Of a stretch of 64,000 bases of DNA, positions 59,100 to 64,000 are shown piece after piece (within the stretch, counting starts at the first letter, position 1; the number at the start of each line of letters is the position of its first letter). Both the position numbers and the translations under genes were made by a program. The notes under the pieces were generated by a model, which saw only the letters and a program-made list of their open reading frames with translations, did not search any database and had not been told where the DNA came from. The stretch lies in the IMG/VR virus record IMGVR_UViG_3300009370_001221, positions 124,001 to 188,000 of that record. The stretch is one strand, 5' to 3'.

Positions 59100-59952
59100 C
59101 ATTAGTAACATCTGATTTTGGTGTTTCGCGTGTTTCCACGCAATCTATAAAGTGTCCTAATTCGTTTTCTAAAGGCGTTCTTCCTGTATAAGGAATAACT
59201 TCAGTTTGTATATCTTTATTCAACCTATTGTTTTCTAACTTACTATGATTAGTAATAGTTAAAGTTTCCTCGTCAGTATCCCATATAGCACAGCCTTTGG
59301 TGCCTATTACTGTAACTATTCGTTTACGCATAGGACTATACCAACCAACATCTACTTCTACAGAAACACCGTAACAATGCCCAGTAAAATGTATTCTGTC
59401 ATAAGTTGTAGCATAGTTATTACTTAAATTATAAACGTTAACGTCCTTTACAACTATGGAATTATCCATAAGGTACTGTATAATACTAATGTCATGTGGT
59501 GCTAAACTTAATAATGGTGTTGTTTTAGTTTGATATATGCCCCAATTAAGACGCTCTGTTTTAATATGTCTTATCTCACCTAATACGCCGTCTGTTATTA
59601 GTTGTTTTAGTGTTATACAATGGGGATGATATAAAAATATATGTCCTACCATTAAAACTTGATCATCTTGTAATATGTCGCGTAACTCTTTACATTGCTC
59701 TAATGTTTCTGCTAACGGTTTTTCAACGTAAACATCATGGCCGTTTAGTATTAGTTTTCTTGCTGATGTATAATGATCCCATAATGGTGTAGCAAGTATA
59801 ACAGGGTCTAACGTGTCTATTTCATCAATAGTTTGTCCGTTTTTAATGTCTATAATTTGTGGTACTATGCCCTGCCTTTCAATAGCATGGGCCACCTTTG
59901 TACCCCAGTAGCCTGCGCCAACTAACCAAATTTTATTAATATCAAAAGCCAT
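59041..59952 (-). CDS. Gfo/Idh/MocA family NAD-dependent oxidoreductase (WlbA/WbpB-like sugar 3-dehydrogenase)
   Basis: VGAGYWG, ATP..DH, VYVEKP, LMVGH, DHxxHD-type LAPHDI. Confidence 0.85.
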   Translation of the reverse strand: MAFDINKIWLVGAGYWGTKVAHAIERQGIVPQIIDIKNGQTIDEIDTLDPVILATPLWDHYTSARKLILNGHDVYVEKPLAETLEQCKELRDILQDDQVLMVGHIFLYHPHCITLKQLITDGVLGEIRHIKTERLNWGIYQTKTTPLLSLAPHDISIIQYLMDNSIVVKDVNVYNLSNNYATTYDRIHFTGHCYGVSVEVDVGWYSPMRKRIVTVIGTKGCAIWDTDEETLTITNHSKLENNRLNKDIQTEVIPYTGRTPLENELGHFIDCVETRETPKSDVTNAIQVANTIDQIASLTTSSQ

Positions 59953-61075
59953 TTGCTGTTTCTATAATATAATCTTGTTGTTCGTCTGTTAAACTATGAT
60001 AGCAAGGTAGACTTACTATGCTATGAGCAACTCTTTCTGCATTTGGACAATTACCCGGATAATTTTCATAAGCAGGTTGTTTTGTCATTGGAACACGATA
60101 ATGTACATTACATTGTATGCCGTTATTGTTCATATAGCTTATAAAATCATCCCTGTATTGCTCAAGTAATGTACCAAAGTATCCAGGAATTTCCCGCATC
60201 ATTATAACGTAAACATACCAGGTATGTGTATTATCAGGAAGTGCTTGTGGTGTTACAAACTTATCTTGATCAAGCATTTCATTATATTTTGTGCATATTT
60301 CACGTTTACGTTCAAGCCAATTGGCCAAATAAGGTAATTTTGCCTCTACAATTTTTGCTTGTATGTTATCTATTCTAGCATTATAACCCATTGTGTGATA
60401 TAACCACTTATCATTCCTGCCATGATCTCTATACATTCGTGCCTTGTCAATTAGTCCTTTCTTGCCAGTAATAGCACCAGCGTCACCCATCGCACCTAAA
60501 TTTTTAACAGGATTAAAACTAAAACAAGTTAAGTCTACTAAATTACCAACACGTTGTCCTTTATATTTTGCACCAAAACTTTGTGCGGCATCTTCAATTA
60601 ACCGCAAGCCATGATAATCGTCACTAGAATGGTTATCTACTATCTCTTTTAGTTTATCAATATCTGGTGTTTGCCCATAAGTGTCTACAAACAATATTGC
60701 TCGAGTCTTAGTGTTTATTGCTTCTTCTACTTTGTTTACATCAATTAAATAATTATGGTCTATATCCACAAATACAGGAGTAGCACCTACTTGTAAAATT
60801 GCTTCAGCCGTGCTTACAAAAGTATGTGGTGTAGTAATTATTTCTTGTCCGGTCCAGTCCAATTGAAGTGATAACAATGCACACAATAAAGCAGTTGATC
60901 CACTACCTGTTGAAGCACATGCTTCAGCACCTGTGTATTCTGCCATAACGTTTTCAAAATTATCTGTTACTGGACCAGTAATAAAATGACTGCCGTCTAT
61001 ACAATATTGTATAGCGGCGTCTATATCTTCTTTTGCTTCAATATATTGACTTTTAAGATCTGTAAAAGGAATCAT
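59942..61075 (-). CDS. DegT/DnrJ/EryC1/StrS PLP-dependent sugar aminotransferase
   Basis: MIPFTDLKSQY, IEDAAQSFG, SFNPVKNLGAMGDAG, GYNARID, SLPCY. Confidence 0.93.
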   Translation of the reverse strand: MIPFTDLKSQYIEAKEDIDAAIQYCIDGSHFITGPVTDNFENVMAEYTGAEACASTGSGSTALLCALLSLQLDWTGQEIITTPHTFVSTAEAILQVGATPVFVDIDHNYLIDVNKVEEAINTKTRAILFVDTYGQTPDIDKLKEIVDNHSSDDYHGLRLIEDAAQSFGAKYKGQRVGNLVDLTCFSFNPVKNLGAMGDAGAITGKKGLIDKARMYRDHGRNDKWLYHTMGYNARIDNIQAKIVEAKLPYLANWLERKREICTKYNEMLDQDKFVTPQALPDNTHTWYVYVIMMREIPGYFGTLLEQYRDDFISYMNNNGIQCNVHYRVPMTKQPAYENYPGNCPNAERVAHSIVSLPCYHSLTDEQQDYIIETANGF

Positions 61076-62048
61076 CTTTATCTCTTAACCATTCCCAAGT
61101 ATCAACAAACCCTTCTTCAATGTCTATTATGGGATCATATCCGAGTAAGTTTCTTGCTTTAGTATTACTACATGTGCCACGTTTACCAAACGCTTCGTTA
61201 TGCTCTGCTATTTTTATTTGACTATTGCTGTTAGTTACTTCAATTGCTACTGTTGCCGCTTCAACTAGAGTGCGGCTTCTTTCTCTTGTAATGTTGAATG
61301 TTTCATCAGCGGCCCTATCGTTTAATACACATTGCACCATACCTTTTATAAAGTCATCCATGTGTGTAAAGTCTATACTTGAGTCTCCATTAACATATAT
61401 AGTTTCATTGTTTGCGGCCTGCAATAAAAATTTCGGAACAACTCTGTCTATTATATCACGTGGTCCATATACAGCACTCGGACGTACAATAGTATATTCT
61501 ACATTGTGTTCGTTACAGTATCGTTTAACAATGCCTTCACTCGCTAGTTTTAATATACCATAATCGCTTTTGGGTTGCATTTGATTCCAATCTTCTCTCA
61601 TGCCATAAAAATGTCCGCCTGATGGCCAATCACCATATACCATACTGCTACTAACGTGGATAAATCGTTTAATGATACCTTGACTACCATATAATAAATT
61701 GTATACGCCTTTAACAAGGGAGTCGCAAGCCATTACGGGGTCATATTGTACTAATTTTACGCGAGAGAATGCCGCTAGGTTAACTATAATGTCTGGTTCG
61801 TATTTCTCTATTACCCTAGCAATACCTTTAGTGTTTTTAATATTTTCGTGTACAGGTGCCCGTAGTTTAGTTTGACTCATAAACTTTTGGCGATTAGAGG
61901 TCGTTATCCAAAACTCTCTAGGAGGGATTACGCCGTAATCAGTCTGTATATCTACAATAAGGATAGAGTGGCCAAGTGTTTCTAGTGCAACGGATAAATT
62001 ATGCCCTATAAACCCTGCGCCACCAGCAATTAGTATTTTCATAGCCAA
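61053..62048 (-). CDS. NAD-dependent nucleotide-sugar epimerase/dehydratase (extended SDR)
   Basis: AGGAGFIG, SSSMVYG, YGILK (YxxxK), RPSAVYGP, DFTHMDD. Confidence 0.9.
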   Translation of the reverse strand: MAMKILIAGGAGFIGHNLSVALETLGHSILIVDIQTDYGVIPPREFWITTSNRQKFMSQTKLRAPVHENIKNTKGIARVIEKYEPDIIVNLAAFSRVKLVQYDPVMACDSLVKGVYNLLYGSQGIIKRFIHVSSSMVYGDWPSGGHFYGMREDWNQMQPKSDYGILKLASEGIVKRYCNEHNVEYTIVRPSAVYGPRDIIDRVVPKFLLQAANNETIYVNGDSSIDFTHMDDFIKGMVQCVLNDRAADETFNITRERSRTLVEAATVAIEVTNSNSQIKIAEHNEAFGKRGTCSNTKARNLLGYDPIIDIEEGFVDTWEWLRDKDDSFYRS

Positions 62049-62941
62049 GTTGATTTAAATTCATTAAGGTCCCTTTTACTTATACCATATTTTTTAGCAA
62101 CGCCGTCTTCGCCTCTAAAATCCTCTAATATGTTAAGCCACTTTTCTTTATCAATTAGTCTTTTAAGTATATCAACTTCCATTCTGCTTAAAGTGTGTGC
62201 GTTTTCTATAAAATCTTCATATGCTTCAGAGGCAATTGGAAACTTTTCTTTGACTAAACTATACATTGTGCGAGCAAGTTCTTGTATTTCCCACTGAGCG
62301 TGTTCATCCGCTCGTAGTTTGGTGTAATGGAAAAAGTTGTTTAAGTCTATTTTCCAATATAGTTCTGTGTAGTTGTTAAGTGGCAACACGATACGAGACA
62401 GTTCCCTAGACAAGCCTTGGCGATCTACAAAGTTATAATTGTCGTTCGGGTGCTCTCCTAAAAGACTTAAATAATCGTCGTAGTTTGATGCACCAATACG
62501 TTTAATAGTATTAAAGCACATCTGCTCTTCCATAGGAGGTAGTTTACCTCCGCGGCCTTGCTTGTTACTTGTACTCTGTGGCTTTAGATTGTCTCTATTT
62601 GGGATATAGAATTCGTCTGACATAACACTATATCTTCCAGAGTACTCGTTTAAGTTTGCTGTCCTATGTCGTACGTGTTGCCTCATAACGAAGATAGGCA
62701 TCTTTAAGTGGAACTTAACTTCGCACATTTCTACGGGAGATGTATGTTTGTGCTTAACTAGATATCTTATTAATGCTCTATCGTTTCTAGTTCCTTTGGT
62801 ACCCTTACCATAAGAAACACGGGCCGCTTGGACTATCGACTCATCAGTTCCCATAGTGTCTATGAGTCCTACGAAGCCGTGGTCCAAATACTTTACATAG
62901 TTTGTACTGCTTTCAAAATCAATGTCATTAACTTGTGTCAT
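62039..62941 (-). CDS. thyX: FAD-dependent thymidylate synthase
   Basis: AARVSYG, HTSPVE, RHRTANLNEYSGRY (RHR-x7-S), RIVLP, LRADEHAQWEI. Confidence 0.95.
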   Translation of the reverse strand: MTQVNDIDFESSTNYVKYLDHGFVGLIDTMGTDESIVQAARVSYGKGTKGTRNDRALIRYLVKHKHTSPVEMCEVKFHLKMPIFVMRQHVRHRTANLNEYSGRYSVMSDEFYIPNRDNLKPQSTSNKQGRGGKLPPMEEQMCFNTIKRIGASNYDDYLSLLGEHPNDNYNFVDRQGLSRELSRIVLPLNNYTELYWKIDLNNFFHYTKLRADEHAQWEIQELARTMYSLVKEKFPIASEAYEDFIENAHTLSRMEVDILKRLIDKEKWLNILEDFRGEDGVAKKYGISKRDLNEFKSTWL

Positions 62942-63261
62942 AAATTTTTCAATGTTTCGTCTGTGGTTGATTGAATATCCGTTGATATTTTTCCGATGTT
63001 TAAAATATAATCAACGGAGACTATTTCATCTTCAAATTCTTCCATTCGTTCTTCTAAAGCAATTTCTAAATCTTCTGGTGGAATGCCTTGTTGTAATAAT
63101 TCTACTACACTAACAATAATTTCTTGTTTACCTATAGTATGTACTACTAAATGGTCAATATATTCCACAGGTATGTTGGTTATATCAACCCCCTCTATTA
63201 TTGTCTCCCACCTATTTAAAAATGCTCTAGTTAAACAAATACTATCATTAGGCTGTGGCAC
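62938..63261 (-). CDS. Hypothetical acidic protein
   Basis: 107-aa ORF coupled to thyX (ATGA overlap). Confidence 0.6.
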   Translation of the reverse strand: MPQPNDSICLTRAFLNRWETIIEGVDITNIPVEYIDHLVVHTIGKQEIIVSVVELLQQGIPPEDLEIALEERMEEFEDEIVSVDYILNIGKISTDIQSTTDETLKNL

Positions 63262-63817
63262 GAGCCTTAGTCTTCTTTTTAGTTGTTGCTTTCTTTTTGA
63301 CTGTTTTTGGCATCAACTCATCTGCCTCTTCTCTTAACCTCGCCGCTTCTGATTCCATCATTGCAGCTTGATTATTAAGACTTTCAGCAATTTGTGCATC
63401 ACTCATTACACTTCCATCTTCTGTTTGACTTTGCTGTGCAACTACGGCGGGACTGCCAGTATCACTACTTACTTCATTTGCTCTAATTGCATCATTTACT
63501 TGATTTAATGGAACTGCATTCTGTGAATCAGGCGTTAGTGCTACATCGTTTGTTGGAAGTTTCATTATTTTGCGAGTAGAATGTAATGTTTCCAAAATAG
63601 GACGTCCTTCTTTATTCATATGGTGATGTAGCACATCAGCCAATTGATTGGATTGTTGCCCTTCAAGGCCCTCTAATACTGCCATTAAAGAGTCGTGTTC
63701 TGTCTCTGGTAACGATCTTGTCTTTACCACTAAACAATTATCTGGCTCGCCGGGAACTTCCCTGAAAAGTACTACTACTTTGTCGCTTGTTGATATTTGC
63801 TTGCCAACGTGTTTCAT
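63248..63817 (-). CDS. Hypothetical protein
   Basis: 189-aa ORF with AGGAG RBS. Confidence 0.7.
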   Translation of the reverse strand: MKHVGKQISTSDKVVVLFREVPGEPDNCLVVKTRSLPETEHDSLMAVLEGLEGQQSNQLADVLHHHMNKEGRPILETLHSTRKIMKLPTNDVALTPDSQNAVPLNQVNDAIRANEVSSDTGSPAVVAQQSQTEDGSVMSDAQIAESLNNQAAMMESEAARLREEADELMPKTVKKKATTKKKTKARATA

Positions 63818-63826
63818 ATATTTCTC

Positions 63827-64000
63827 CTATTCCTCATCTGCAGGTGGTTCAATCTCTGCTGTTGGTGTATCATCATCTTCAGCTGGTGTATCTGGTGCTG
63901 GAACATGATGTTGTAAAAATGCTATTAATCTATCATAAGTCATACCAACTGCCGATAGTTCAGCGGCATTGAAAGCACCCCTACGGGAACTTACTTCAAT
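63827..64000 (-). CDS. Hypothetical protein, 3' part only (not in ORF track)
   Basis: Open frame from the window end: IEVSSRRGAFNAAELSAVGMTYDRLIAFL...acidic tail, TAG at 63829-63827. Confidence 0.6.
   Translation of the reverse strand: MEVSSRRGAFNAAELSAVGMTYDRLIAFLQHHVPAPDTPAEDDDTPTAEIEPPADEE

Noticed and set aside
221-63972. Numerous short antisense or alternate-frame ORFs in the track (60-150 aa)
   Set aside because: They lie inside long motif-bearing genes, lack an RBS and recognisable motifs, and are expected shadow ORFs.
1-64000. tRNA or rRNA genes
   Set aside because: No cloverleaf or TPsiC motifs were found in the few intergenic gaps, most of which are too short.

Overview
The whole window looks like an AT-rich segment of a large T4-like (myovirus or jumbo-type) dsDNA phage genome, probably aquatic. 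L31 and YqeY resemble gammaproteobacterial homologues, which is a weak host hint. No rRNA, tRNA, CRISPR array, integrase or transposase was seen. Left to right: (i) minus strand: Hc1-like DNA-binding protein, gp46/gp47 (SbcCD/Rad50-Mre11) and a gp55-like late sigma factor. (ii) Plus strand, 3.9-31.4 kb: baseplate/tail module, including a 4850-aa mosaic wedge protein, preceded by TAAATA late-promoter motifs. (iii) 31.4-59.1 kb: a co-directional, tightly coupled 'tailoring' region behind a perfect sigma70 promoter. It encodes 3 GT-A glycosyltransferase-like proteins, 8 radical SAM enzymes (7 with the SPASM/twitch domain N-terminal), 4 SGNH-like proteins, a carbamoyltransferase, a sulfotransferase-like protein and a 1073-aa repeat/pseudo-GT protein, with an embedded host-like block (glnII-rpmE-purC-purE-yqeY, plus an Smr protein further on). 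(iv) Minus strand: a convergent amino-sugar operon (epimerase/dehydratase, DegT aminotransferase, Gfo/Idh/MocA dehydrogenase) coupled to thyX. The main non-coding signals are a 45-bp inverted repeat pair (38/45 identical) bracketing 14.3 kb with DNA-invertase-like site geometry, promoters placed 6-7 nt before ATG (leaderless mRNAs), and apparent avoidance of GCWGC. All product calls come from motif recognition by eye, not from database searches.
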